Shown: positions 53,350 to 62,332 of the stretch, piece after piece
Layout: every line of letters starts with the position of its first letter
Numbering within the stretch: the stretch's first letter is position 1
Virus record (IMG/VR): IMGVR_UViG_3300036792_000284
Coordinates: 1 to 64,000 of that record
Length of the DNA: 64,000 bases
Direction: 5' to 3' (one strand)
From: a virus
Translations under genes and position numbers: made by a program
The notes under the pieces: generated by a model
Database searches by the model: none
Told to the model about the DNA's origin: nothing
What the model saw: the letters and a program-made list of their open reading frames with translations, nothing else

Positions 53350-53421
53350 CAGGGACGGGGGGAGTCGAACCCTCATTCCGCTGGTTTTGGAGACCAGCCG
53401 CCGAGCCGCTGGCTCGTCCCT
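53350..53421 (-). tRNA. tRNA-Trp(CCA)
   Basis: Cloverleaf. Confidence 0.85.
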
Positions 53422-53812
53422 AAGTTGACTTACTTGTGAGTCTGTGGTTCCGGTTGTACTCGGACTTCCTGGCTCTGCATGGACCACACGGGCAGTTCCT
53501 CTTGCCAGAGACTCCGCCTCCGTGGTCTACGCCTACCTCGCTCCGAGTCTTCTCCAGGTGATGCTCCCGGCAGAGAAGCTGGCACTTCGCTAGTTCTGCC
53601 TGTAGCTCAGCCGGGCTCCGGTTCCACCTGTCCGTGATGGCGAACTCTTTCAGCTCACGCTCAACATGATCGAACTGCAGGTCTTCCGAAGAACCGCACC
53701 GAACACATTTCCCGCCCAGCAACTCGATGAGCTTTGCCTTCGCGGCTTGGTAGCGGGCCTGGTCGTAATCCGACCGATCCCACTCTGCAGCCCACCACTC
53801 TCTGTCTGGCAT
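53420..53812 (-). CDS. HNH homing endonuclease
   Basis: LGGKCVRCGSSEDLQFDHV..ELAKCQLLCREHH..CPCGPC; stop overlaps tRNA-Trp 5' end. Confidence 0.85.
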   Translation of the reverse strand: MPDREWWAAEWDRSDYDQARYQAAKAKLIELLGGKCVRCGSSEDLQFDHVERELKEFAITDRWNRSPAELQAELAKCQLLCREHHLEKTRSEVGVDHGGGVSGKRNCPCGPCRARKSEYNRNHRLTSKST

Positions 53813-53854
53813 ACCTGGTACTACGTGCGAGTTTGTCTCTGTTGAGTTGTCCCA

Positions 53855-53902
53855 CTAAAAAACCGCCTCGCCGGATTCTCTCCGGGGGCGGCTCCTGCAG
53901 GT
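53855..53902 (-). terminator. Intrinsic terminator upstream of tRNA array
   Basis: gccgcccccggagagaatccggcgaggcgg-tttttt on minus strand. Confidence 0.6.
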
Positions 53903-54108
53903 CAGGATTTGGCCTTAGCCAGGAACCACCTCGCCGGGGATGTAATTGTCTTCGGGCAGCATGCAGGCTGCGAAGGGCTCGTGCCCTCGCTGCCACTGCT
54001 TGCTCGATGACCTGCTCACCATGACTCCTAGCCTAGCCAGACGCTCGTTCAGCGCCACCCGTTTTATCGGATGCTTCTACCGTACTACCCTGCTTGACTC
54101 GTGTCAAC

Positions 54109-54384
54109 CTACATTTCGGAGAACAAGTTGGCGGCCAGACCGCTGGCCACCCCCGCCTGGTCGTCCAGCAGGACCTGCCGGACTAGCGGGTCCCCAGCGG
54201 CGCGGATGTCGGCCGGGCCGATGTAGGTGCGCTCGCCCCGCATCACCCGGACCGCGGTGATGGCGTCCATCAGGCGCTCGGGCTTCTCCCCCAGCGGCCC
54301 GGCCAGCTCGCCCATGGTCTTCTCGCGGTCCGCCTCGCCGAGCCCGGCCGCGTACTCCATCAGCTTCTCGAACGGCATCTGCAT
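54109..54384 (-). CDS. Hypothetical protein
   Basis: RBS ggag; ORF track. Confidence 0.6.
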   Translation of the reverse strand: MQMPFEKLMEYAAGLGEADREKTMGELAGPLGEKPERLMDAITAVRVMRGERTYIGPADIRAAGDPLVRQVLLDDQAGVASGLAANLFSEM

Positions 54385-54416
54385 GCGTTTCTCCGTCTAG
54401 CCCTCTATAGCCCTGT

Positions 54417-56381
54417 CTACTGCAGGTAGTCTCCGCTAACCGAGCCCCAGTCGTCCAGGTAACTGCTGCCGTACTCCATGCCGGGCCGGTCGCTCGGCAT
54501 GAACTCATCCGGCCCCAGCACCGTCAGCGACATCGGCATTCCCGCCGGCGAGGGGATCTCCGCCGTCGGGCCGTAGAACTCGACCTGGCCGAGGTAGGCG
54601 CGCTTGCCCGCCGGGTCCTCCTGGCCGCCGACCTCCAGCGCGCCGGACACCGCGCCGGCCAGGGAGTCGGCCTCGTCCTTGGAGCTGTCGCCCAGGTGGT
54701 CGATCCGGCCGTTCGGCAGCCGGGACAGGCCGAGCAGCTCGATGATGGTCAGCTCGCGGGCCGGGGCCTCCATCCGGCCCTCGTACATGACGTCGCGCAG
54801 CGTCCGCCAGCCCTCTTCGGACACGTCGGTGGAGAAGCGGTCGGTCTCGATGCCGTGGCTTTCGAGGATCTGCATCGAATCCTTGGACTGCCACTGGTCG
54901 AAGGTGAAGCGGACGATCGGGAAGCCCATCCGGCGCAACTCCAGGCACAGCATGCGCGCCCACCGAATCTGGATCTCCATCGGCGGGACCGCGCCGGCGT
55001 CGGACTCGTAGCTGATGGTGAAGTCGACCTTCACCACCGGCCGCCGCTCGGCCACCTGGATCTCGATGCCGTCCTCGTCGTGGCCGACCAGCGCGTGGTC
55101 CTGCCAGCGCTTGACGTGCGCCATGGACACGCCGGCCCGGTCGCCGGTGGCCGCCAGGTCGGCGTGCATCGCGTACAGGGCGCCCTTGACCGGGAAGAAG
55201 TCCGGGCTGAAGGTGTAGAGCGGCTTCCAGGTGGCGCCCTCGCGCACGTACGCCACGCTCACCGGCGGCTGGGTGACCTCGGTGAAGCACTCCCGGACCG
55301 CCTGCTCGTTGGCGAAGTACGGGTTGATCGCGCGCCGCGGCTTGCACTCGTATTTCGCCTCGGCCAGCGCCGGGTCCTTCTCGTAGTCCTCCGCGAACGC
55401 CTCTTTCCCGCTGATGCGGGGATTGGCCTCCCACGTCGCCAAAGGACCGCTGACGTAGTACCGGCTGTTCTCGCCCTTGGCCGCGTTGTCCGCCTTGCCC
55501 TTGGCCACCAGCTGCTGGATGGTGCTGCCCAGGTAGCGCGGGTAGGAGATGTGCACGTTCTTGAACGTGCCGGGGAACCGGGTGGTCGCCGAGGTGCGGA
55601 GCATGTCGAGGATCGCCTCGGCCGAAGACGACGACTCGCGCTGCCGGGCGCCGGCGTTGCGGGCCAGCTCGGCCGCCGAGCGGAACGCGTCGATCTCGTC
55701 GGCGATGCCGAGCACCAGGTTGAGGCCCTCCTGGCTGTCGGCATCAGAGTGACCGCTGACGGCCTCGATGTTGTGCTCGAAACGGATCGTGTCCAGCAGC
55801 GCGGTGGTGCGCTCGCCGCTGCTGCGCCGCTGCCGCTCAGCCGCGTCGAGGATGTCGATCCCGCCGACCCGCTGGAACCAGCAGCCCGGCCGCTGCACCG
55901 CGCGGCGCATCGGGGCGAAGAACGCGCGCTGGGCCTGCTTGGACGACGACGCCACGTTCAGCACGTGGATCGAGTCCTGCTCGGGCATCTGGAAGTAGAC
56001 CTGCGGGGACTTCAGGCACAGCAGCAGGTAGCAGACCCGCATGGCGATCATCCGGCAGGTGTGGTCCTTGCCGCCGCCTTTGCCCCACTCCAGTTCCAGG
56101 AAGTTGACCATCCGGCACGGCTGGCTCCAGTAGTCGCGGACCCGCTTGTCCGCGCTGCCGGCCAGCAGCTCGTAGGTCTCCGGGTAGTAGACGCGCTCGG
56201 CGTGCCGGACCGCCTCGTACTGGACCTCGCTCAGCGGCGGGTTGGCCAGGTACCCGCGGTCCTGCACGAACACGCTGAGCGGGACCGGCTCCTCCTCGAA
56301 GATGCCCAGCCCGCGCGCTGACGTGCCCGTGCCGCCCGCCCGACCGAGCAGGGCCGCGGCGGCTGCCCCCGCGGAAGCCAC
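54417..56381 (-). CDS. terL: Terminase large subunit
   Basis: Walker A-like WGKGGGKD, Walker B GIADEIDAF, nuclease DLAATGD..FDQWQS..KDEADSLAGAV. Confidence 0.9.
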   Translation of the reverse strand: MASAGAAAAALLGRAGGTGTSARGLGIFEEEPVPLSVFVQDRGYLANPPLSEVQYEAVRHAERVYYPETYELLAGSADKRVRDYWSQPCRMVNFLELEWGKGGGKDHTCRMIAMRVCYLLLCLKSPQVYFQMPEQDSIHVLNVASSSKQAQRAFFAPMRRAVQRPGCWFQRVGGIDILDAAERQRRSSGERTTALLDTIRFEHNIEAVSGHSDADSQEGLNLVLGIADEIDAFRSAAELARNAGARQRESSSSAEAILDMLRTSATTRFPGTFKNVHISYPRYLGSTIQQLVAKGKADNAAKGENSRYYVSGPLATWEANPRISGKEAFAEDYEKDPALAEAKYECKPRRAINPYFANEQAVRECFTEVTQPPVSVAYVREGATWKPLYTFSPDFFPVKGALYAMHADLAATGDRAGVSMAHVKRWQDHALVGHDEDGIEIQVAERRPVVKVDFTISYESDAGAVPPMEIQIRWARMLCLELRRMGFPIVRFTFDQWQSKDSMQILESHGIETDRFSTDVSEEGWRTLRDVMYEGRMEAPARELTIIELLGLSRLPNGRIDHLGDSSKDEADSLAGAVSGALEVGGQEDPAGKRAYLGQVEFYGPTAEIPSPAGMPMSLTVLGPDEFMPSDRPGMEYGSSYLDDWGSVSGDYLQ

Positions 56382-56546
56382 CTACGGATGCCGCCAGGGG
56401 TACCACGCCCAGGCGGCGTGCAGCGCCAGGCACACCAGGGCGAGGATCACGAAGCCCGTCGGCGTCCAGGGCACGTTGGTGCTGGCCTTGGCCGCGAACA
56501 GGATGAACGCGATAGCGGAGAACAGCGCCGAGAGCCAGGCGAACAC
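56382..56546 (-). CDS. Small two-TM membrane protein
   Basis: MFAWLSALFSAIAFILFAA..GFVILALVCLALHAAW. Confidence 0.55.
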   Translation of the reverse strand: MFAWLSALFSAIAFILFAAKASTNVPWTPTGFVILALVCLALHAAWAWYPWRHP

Positions 56547-56548
56547 GG

Positions 56549-57355
56549 CTACCAGCCCCGCTTCGGCGTCGACCCGGGCCGGTGCAGCGGGCCGCCATCG
56601 TGGCTGCTGTCGTTGACGTGCTGGTGCGGGTGGTTGTGCGCCGCGGACATGAAGTGGTTGTGCGAGTGCACCCCGTTGTGCGGCGCGTGGTTCATCGCCA
56701 CCCCGCCGTCCCCGACCACCTTGGCGGCCAGCGCGACCATCGACGCGGCGGCCTTCTCCCCGTCCTCGTCCTTCTGCCCGAAGCCCGGCAGGGTGCTGAC
56801 GTCCACGCCCAGCTCGCGGGCCCGCTTGCGGATCAGGGCCTTGGCCGCGGCGGCGTCGCCGTGGCCGGAGGCGGCCAGCACTGCGGCCGAGTGCAGGTGC
56901 TTCTTGTCCTCGATCGGGTAACTGCCGCCGGGAAGCGCGTGGCCGGCGGCAGCGGCCTTCTTGCGCCCCTCCGCGGTCTCGCTCGCCGGCGCGGCCAGCG
57001 TCACCAGGCTGATGTCGATGCCGGGGCGGCCGGACAGCAGGACCGCCAGCGACTGCGCCAGCTGGGTCGCCTTCACGTTCTTGTCCGACTTGGCACACAT
57101 CGACGCGGCCCGCTTGGCCGGGATGTTCCGCTTCACCAGCGCCTTGAAGGTGGCGTGGCCGGAGTGCTCGCCGCCGCCCTCGTCGCTGTCGTCGTCCTTG
57201 CCGCCCTTGCCCTTGTCGTCGTCCTCGTCATCGTCGGCGGCCAGCAGCAGGGCCAGCTCGCCGCTGGCAATCTGGGCGGCGAGCAGCATCTCGGCGTCCA
57301 GGTCCGGAGCCTCGGGTACGGCACCAGCCAGGGCAAGCAGCTTATCCAGTGACAT
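56549..57355 (-). CDS. Hypothetical protein with GSYPI helical motif (DUF6582-like) and His-rich tail
   Basis: ALPGGSYPIEDKKHLHSAAVLAASGHG..IRKRARELG. Confidence 0.65.
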   Translation of the reverse strand: MSLDKLLALAGAVPEAPDLDAEMLLAAQIASGELALLLAADDDEDDDKGKGGKDDDSDEGGGEHSGHATFKALVKRNIPAKRAASMCAKSDKNVKATQLAQSLAVLLSGRPGIDISLVTLAAPASETAEGRKKAAAAGHALPGGSYPIEDKKHLHSAAVLAASGHGDAAAAKALIRKRARELGVDVSTLPGFGQKDEDGEKAAASMVALAAKVVGDGGVAMNHAPHNGVHSHNHFMSAAHNHPHQHVNDSSHDGGPLHRPGSTPKRGW

Positions 57356-57397
57356 CGGGCCTCCCGGGCACGAACGGCAGTGCCCAGGTAATCGGAA

Positions 57398-59281
57398 CTA
57401 CGCGGGCTTCCGGGCGGGCGCGCTCGCGGGGTGCGGGCCGGGCGCCGTGCTGCTCTTCGGCTTGGGGGTCGTAGAGTGCGAGGCCGGGTGGGTAGCCACG
57501 TGCGCCATGTGCTCGACATGCAGATGGTGCAGGTGCTCCAGGTGGGCGACATGCTCGGTGTGGAGCTTGTGCAGGTGCGCCAGGTGCTCGACGTGGAGCT
57601 GGTGCGCGTCCGGGTGGCCCGCGGGGGCGGCCGGGGCCGCGCTGCGCGGAGCCCGGCCGGCGCTTGAGCCTGCCGTCTTCCCGGCGCTCGACCCGGCCCC
57701 GGCTGCGGCCAGCAGGACGTCCACCGCTGTCAGCCGCGCGGGCCCGTTCGGGTTGTCAGTGCCGGCCTGCAGGCGGTTCTGCGGGCTGACGGTCTTGCCA
57801 CCGGCCTGCATCTGGGCTGCCACTTCGGCCTGGTGCGTCATGTTGCCCATGTCGGCCAGCGCCTGCACGTGGTGCTTGATGTGCCGGGCCAGGTCGTGAG
57901 CGCCGGACTCGCGCGCGATCATGCCGGCGCGCAGCGCGGACTGGGCGGCGCCGGCCGGGTTGGTGGCCAGCATGCCCCGCGCCCGGTCCAGGTAGGCGTT
58001 CACCCGGGCCTTGTCCACCGCGGGCAGCGCGGCCAGCTGCCGCGCAGCGTCCGCATCGGTGATGTTCAGCAGGTCCTCGGGCGGCTGGATGAGCGGCGCC
58101 GCGCCGGACGTGTCCGACTGCGACGGCTCCGAGACGTCCTTGCCGGTGACGACAGCCAGCGCGAGCCGGTCCAGAGCGGTCATGTCACTGTCCTCCGTAA
58201 GCCGTGCCTGCTGGCTGGGCCCGTTGAAAACACCATGGAAGTACCTCTTGCGGATGCGGTCGCTCAGCGCGCCCAGCGCCTGCTCCGCCTTGCGCCAGGC
58301 CAGCACCCTGTCGTGGCTCTGCTTCATCGCCGCGGTGGCCGACGACTGCCCGGCCGGCGGGATGCGGGTGAACACGTTGGCGGTGTAGGCGCTCGGCAGC
58401 AGGCTGCCCATGTCGGCCTTGTGCGCGGCGTACAGCGCCGTCTGCGCGCTGCGCATCACCGCCAGGGCCTCCAGCGGGTTGTCCTTGCTCAGCTTGTAGG
58501 CGGCCTGCTCCAGGAACTTGCGGGCGGTCGCTGACAGGCTGGCGTCGCTGCAGTCGGGCACCAGCGGGATAACGGCGCGGACCTCGGCCGCGGTCGGCAG
58601 CGCGACCAGCGGCGGCAACGGCGGGCTCGGCGAGATCGACTGCACCGGGTTCTGGTACAGCCCGTACTGGCTGTAGTGCCCGCCGTTGGGCGGGTCGACG
58701 AACGGGCGGGCACCCGGCGCGGTGGACACCGCAGGCTTGGCCAGTTCCAGCCCTTCAACTTCACCCGCCGACGCCTTCGCGTGCTCGTGCGCCTCCGCCT
58801 TTTCCTGCTCCCACTGAGCCACGTTCCTGGCCGCGGCGGCCCGCACGTCCGGGTGGGTGCGCTTGCCCTTGCCGGACTTGGTGTCCCAGCCGCCCGGGTT
58901 GACGCCGGCCGCCCATTTCTTGACGATGCCGACGGCAACCCCGTACGCGGCGTGCTTGCCGTACCGGGCCACCAGGTGCGGGTACAGGTGCTCGATGTAC
59001 GGCGGCAGGTGGTGGCCTTTCATGTGGAACAGGCCGGGCCCGCCGGGCGGCACCGTCGGCTTGACGACGGTCGACGCCTCGGGCGTGTGCGGGGTGAACT
59101 TAACCAGCGCACCGCCGCCGTGCAGCCCGGTGCTCTCGCCTGCTGCGGGCCTGCAGTGCAGGTCAGGGTGATCCCGGCCGCCTTTGCCGACATGCTGGTA
59201 CCACGGGCACTCGCGCATGAGGTGCGCGTGCGCCTCGCGCTCTTCGTGCGCCGCTTCCAGCAGCTCCAGGGCACCGGCCAT
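57398..59281 (-). CDS. Large hypothetical protein with His-rich C-terminus
   Basis: Long ORF; HQLHVEHLAHLHKLHTEHVAHLEHLHHLHVEH. Confidence 0.75.
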   Translation of the reverse strand: MAGALELLEAAHEEREAHAHLMRECPWYQHVGKGGRDHPDLHCRPAAGESTGLHGGGALVKFTPHTPEASTVVKPTVPPGGPGLFHMKGHHLPPYIEHLYPHLVARYGKHAAYGVAVGIVKKWAAGVNPGGWDTKSGKGKRTHPDVRAAAARNVAQWEQEKAEAHEHAKASAGEVEGLELAKPAVSTAPGARPFVDPPNGGHYSQYGLYQNPVQSISPSPPLPPLVALPTAAEVRAVIPLVPDCSDASLSATARKFLEQAAYKLSKDNPLEALAVMRSAQTALYAAHKADMGSLLPSAYTANVFTRIPPAGQSSATAAMKQSHDRVLAWRKAEQALGALSDRIRKRYFHGVFNGPSQQARLTEDSDMTALDRLALAVVTGKDVSEPSQSDTSGAAPLIQPPEDLLNITDADAARQLAALPAVDKARVNAYLDRARGMLATNPAGAAQSALRAGMIARESGAHDLARHIKHHVQALADMGNMTHQAEVAAQMQAGGKTVSPQNRLQAGTDNPNGPARLTAVDVLLAAAGAGSSAGKTAGSSAGRAPRSAAPAAPAGHPDAHQLHVEHLAHLHKLHTEHVAHLEHLHHLHVEHMAHVATHPASHSTTPKPKSSTAPGPHPASAPARKPA

Positions 59282-59282
59282 G

Positions 59283-59726
59283 TCAGGCCGTCGCCAGGAC
59301 CTCGACGAGCTTGTCCTGCAGCAGGGCGCGCAGGCCCCCGTCCGGCACCTCGCCGAGCACCGCCAGGAACACGTCGCGGACCTTCTCCGGGGAGAGGCCG
59401 CCGGCATCGCGGGCCTTGCTCTTGAGCCGCACGTCATCCCAGGTCTTGGCGATCTGCTCCCAGGCCAGCAGCGCGTCCTTCTCCTGGCCGGGGTGCTGGT
59501 AGCCGTCGTCGGTGCCGTAGCCCCGGCGGCTGGTCTGCTGGTGCTTGAAGAACCAGTTCAGCATCGCGGACGTCCGCATGATCTGCGCGGCGGACATGTC
59601 CAGACCGTCGCACTCGCGGCGCACCGTGGCGTAGAACTCCTCGTACCCGCGACGCAGGTCCTGGTCCTCTACGCTCGTGGGGCAGGAGAACAGGCCGTCG
59701 AACTTGTCCCAGTTAGCACTCGCCAT
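59283..59726 (-). CDS. Hypothetical helical protein, possible terminase small subunit
   Basis: Helical 147 aa; first gene after a CCGATTAG box upstream of terL. Confidence 0.45.
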   Translation of the reverse strand: MASANWDKFDGLFSCPTSVEDQDLRRGYEEFYATVRRECDGLDMSAAQIMRTSAMLNWFFKHQQTSRRGYGTDDGYQHPGQEKDALLAWEQIAKTWDDVRLKSKARDAGGLSPEKVRDVFLAVLGEVPDGGLRALLQDKLVEVLATA

Positions 59727-59781
59727 GACCTGCTAATCGGGCGGTCGCTCCCAGCGGTCCGCCGGGTTATCCCAGCCCACG

Positions 59782-59964
59782 CTAGAGCCCCGTCACGGTG
59801 CACAGCGGCAGCGGCTTCTCCAGGCTCTGCTGAAGCATGTCCCGCGAGTACCGCGCGAACAGCATCGCCGTGCCGGGGCTGTGCCCGTAATCCGCCTGCA
59901 GGCGGGCAGCTTCCTCCAGCATCCGGTTGTCCAGGCTCCGGCGCTCTTCCTCACTCAGGTCCAT
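59782..59964 (-). CDS. Hypothetical protein
   Basis: ORF track. Confidence 0.5.
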   Translation of the reverse strand: MDLSEEERRSLDNRMLEEAARLQADYGHSPGTAMLFARYSRDMLQQSLEKPLPLCTVTGL

Positions 59965-60742
59965 CAGTCACCAGCCTGTACCTCACCGGGCGCTCGCGGT
60001 ACTCGCGGAACGACTGCGCCTGCTGCAGCGGGAAGATGCCCGGCGTCGAGTACACCCCGGCCAGTTCGCCGATCGTCTGGCTGCGCGCGGCGTCCGGCAC
60101 CAGGTTCCGCCACGGCCCGACCGCCGACAGCCGCTGCATCTGCCAGTCGTACCCGGAGTCGTTCGGGCCACCCCCGTTGCAGTCCCAGTCCCAGACCGGG
60201 CGCACCACTGTCCTCCACTTTTCCCCACTGACGCACCATACCCACGGGTTGAAGTACGCCAGCCGCTGCACAGCCTGCTGGTCAGCGTCCTGGTCGGTCC
60301 GCGGGGCGCTCAGGCCGTCCCAGCCGGCCCCGCCGCGGTTGTGCGCGCAGATGCACAGCGTGTTCTCGTCGTACCGCTCCTGGGCCCACGCCGTGTAGGC
60401 CAGGACGTCGTCGGAGACGATGACGTCCTCCTCGCCGCACAGCACGAACCCGGGGCGGAAGTTGTCGAACAGCGTGTCGATCCCCTCGCCGAGCGCGCGG
60501 TGCATGCCGGGGCTGCCGTGGGCGGCGTCGCTGTCGAGGATGACGACGATGTTCCGCTCCAGCTTCTCCTCCGCCTCCCGGATGACGTCCATCTGGTCGT
60601 CGTACCGGTGCGACCGGCCGAGCGCGACGGCGATCATCCGCAGGTCCCCGATCTCGGGCACGGCGGCCCAGGAGGACAGCACCCGGCTCAGGTACTCAGG
60701 ACGGCGGCACGCGGTGATGAGCAGGGCCGTGTCGGTCAGCAT
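59951..60742 (-). CDS. Glycosyltransferase, GT-A fold
   Basis: LLITACRRPEYL..GEEDVIVSDD. Confidence 0.7.
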   Translation of the reverse strand: MLTDTALLITACRRPEYLSRVLSSWAAVPEIGDLRMIAVALGRSHRYDDQMDVIREAEEKLERNIVVILDSDAAHGSPGMHRALGEGIDTLFDNFRPGFVLCGEEDVIVSDDVLAYTAWAQERYDENTLCICAHNRGGAGWDGLSAPRTDQDADQQAVQRLAYFNPWVWCVSGEKWRTVVRPVWDWDCNGGGPNDSGYDWQMQRLSAVGPWRNLVPDAARSQTIGELAGVYSTPGIFPLQQAQSFREYRERPVRYRLVTDGPE

Positions 60743-61551
60743 GCGTTCTCCCTCGGACGGAACCAGATGGCGGGCGCCGGGCCTTCCGGGCGCCGGCAGC
60801 GGTTAACCGGGTCCCAGGACTCCCAGATCCACTTCGGCCAGGTCTCGTCCGGGTCCACGTCGGTGGTGCCCGGGTACACCTCGCCGCCGGGGTTCACCCA
60901 GCCGTGCGCCCACATCTCGTACGCAATGCCCGGCTGAGTGCCGTCGCCGCAAATCTTCGGCACAGCCTCGGTATGGCTGAACGACCGGACCTTGCGCCTA
61001 ATCACGTCCGGGCCGCCGAGCCAACTGAGATGCCACCCGGCATGCTCGATCCGGGGGTAGCGCTCCCGAAGCTCGCGCACCGCGTTGAGGGAATGGACGG
61101 CGCCGCGGCGGGCCAGGGACGCCATCACCTGCCGGTTGCCGAGCCGGTCGACCGCGCCGTACAGCAGCTGCAGGTTGCACCCGAGAAACGGCTCCGGCTG
61201 GGCTTTCAGGGTCTCGTGGAAGAGCAGCTCGTCCACGTCGGCGACGATGACGACGTCATCCGGCGCCGAGCCCTCAAGCGCGCGCATGGCGAAGTCCCGC
61301 TGGTGGCGCTCCCGCACCCAGGGGTCGTTCGTCTCCGGCGGCTCGTTGTCCACCAGGTGGACGATGCGGTCGGCCCACGGCGCGAACCGCTCCTTGTTCT
61401 CCGCGTAGTACAGGGGCTTCGGCTGGCCGGTGAACGTCAGCGGGGCCTCCACCAGGATGTGCCGGTAGATGTCCGTGTCCTCGTACTCCCGCAGGTGGCA
61501 CTCAAGGATGTCCAGCTCGTCGCGGATCATGAAGGTGTCCCACAGCTTCAC
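60736..61551 (-). CDS. GT17-like (MGAT3 / beta-1,4-GlcNAc transferase) glycosyltransferase
   Basis: ELDILECHL..VEAPLTFTGQPKPLY..ERHQRD..VADVDE..GWHLSWLGG..KVRSFSHTE. Confidence 0.8.
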   Translation of the reverse strand: MKLWDTFMIRDELDILECHLREYEDTDIYRHILVEAPLTFTGQPKPLYYAENKERFAPWADRIVHLVDNEPPETNDPWVRERHQRDFAMRALEGSAPDDVVIVADVDELLFHETLKAQPEPFLGCNLQLLYGAVDRLGNRQVMASLARRGAVHSLNAVRELRERYPRIEHAGWHLSWLGGPDVIRRKVRSFSHTEAVPKICGDGTQPGIAYEMWAHGWVNPGGEVYPGTTDVDPDETWPKWIWESWDPVNRCRRPEGPAPAIWFRPRENAC

Positions 61552-62096
61552 AGGACGACCCACCACAGCTTGTTGAACTGGACGTTGATCCGGTCGTCGG
61601 TGAACTGCTCTCGGACCCCGGCCGCCACCGTCGGGAAGTCCCAGTCGTCGCCGGCGAAGATGGCGCCGGGCACCGCGCGCGGCAGCAGCGCGGCGAGGTT
61701 GTCCGACACCTCCTGCGTGGTGTGCGCGGCGTCCAGGTGCAGGAACCGGATCGGCTTGTCCCACAGCTCGGCGAACTTCCGCCAGCCCATCTTCCAGGTG
61801 ATGACGTTGCCGGCAGTGCCCTCGGCGATGTTGGCCTGGAAGATCCCGTAGTTGTCCCGCTTGACCAGCTCGGGGTTGATGCCGATACCGGCCGCGGCCG
61901 ACTCCGGGCCGTCGCCCTCCCAGTGGTCGACCACGTGCAGGAACGCCGGCACGATGGCGTTGGCGAGGGGGACGGCCGACCAGCCCTGCCAGGTGCCGAC
62001 CTCCACGACCTCGCCGGGCAGGTGGCTGGTGGACTGAGCCAGCCCGGCCAGAACAGCGATCTGGGCCGGGCTCATCCACTGCTCGTCGAAATGCAC
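61548..62096 (-). CDS. Class I SAM-dependent methyltransferase (Methyltransf_24-like)
   Basis: VVEVGTWQGWS..VDHW..FLHLDAAH..GDDW. Confidence 0.85.
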   Translation of the reverse strand: MHFDEQWMSPAQIAVLAGLAQSTSHLPGEVVEVGTWQGWSAVPLANAIVPAFLHVVDHWEGDGPESAAAGIGINPELVKRDNYGIFQANIAEGTAGNVITWKMGWRKFAELWDKPIRFLHLDAAHTTQEVSDNLAALLPRAVPGAIFAGDDWDFPTVAAGVREQFTDDRINVQFNKLWWVVL

Positions 62097-62098
62097 GA

Positions 62099-62332
62099 CT
62101 ACCCGGCGTCCGCGAGGGCCTGGCGGACCAGGGCGTCCTTGGCGTCGACCAGCCGCTGCAGCCCGATGGTCAGCTGCGGCCCGTCGCCGAGGATTTCGAG
62201 CAGCTCGTCCCGCAGGTCGCGGAACATGTAGGCCACCGCAGCGGGCGCACCGGCCGGAAGGTTGGGGTTCGGCTCAAGCCACAGGGCCTTCTCCTGCGTG
62301 GCCCCGTGACGGCCGGTCAGGTCGGTACTCAT
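62099..62332 (-). CDS. Hypothetical protein
   Basis: ATGA overlap with dnaX stop. Confidence 0.55.
   Translation of the reverse strand: MSTDLTGRHGATQEKALWLEPNPNLPAGAPAAVAYMFRDLRDELLEILGDGPQLTIGLQRLVDAKDALVRQALADAG

Noticed and set aside
54417-56381. UUA bypass in terminase as reported for phiHau3
   Set aside because: terL is one uninterrupted ORF and I saw no in-frame TTA
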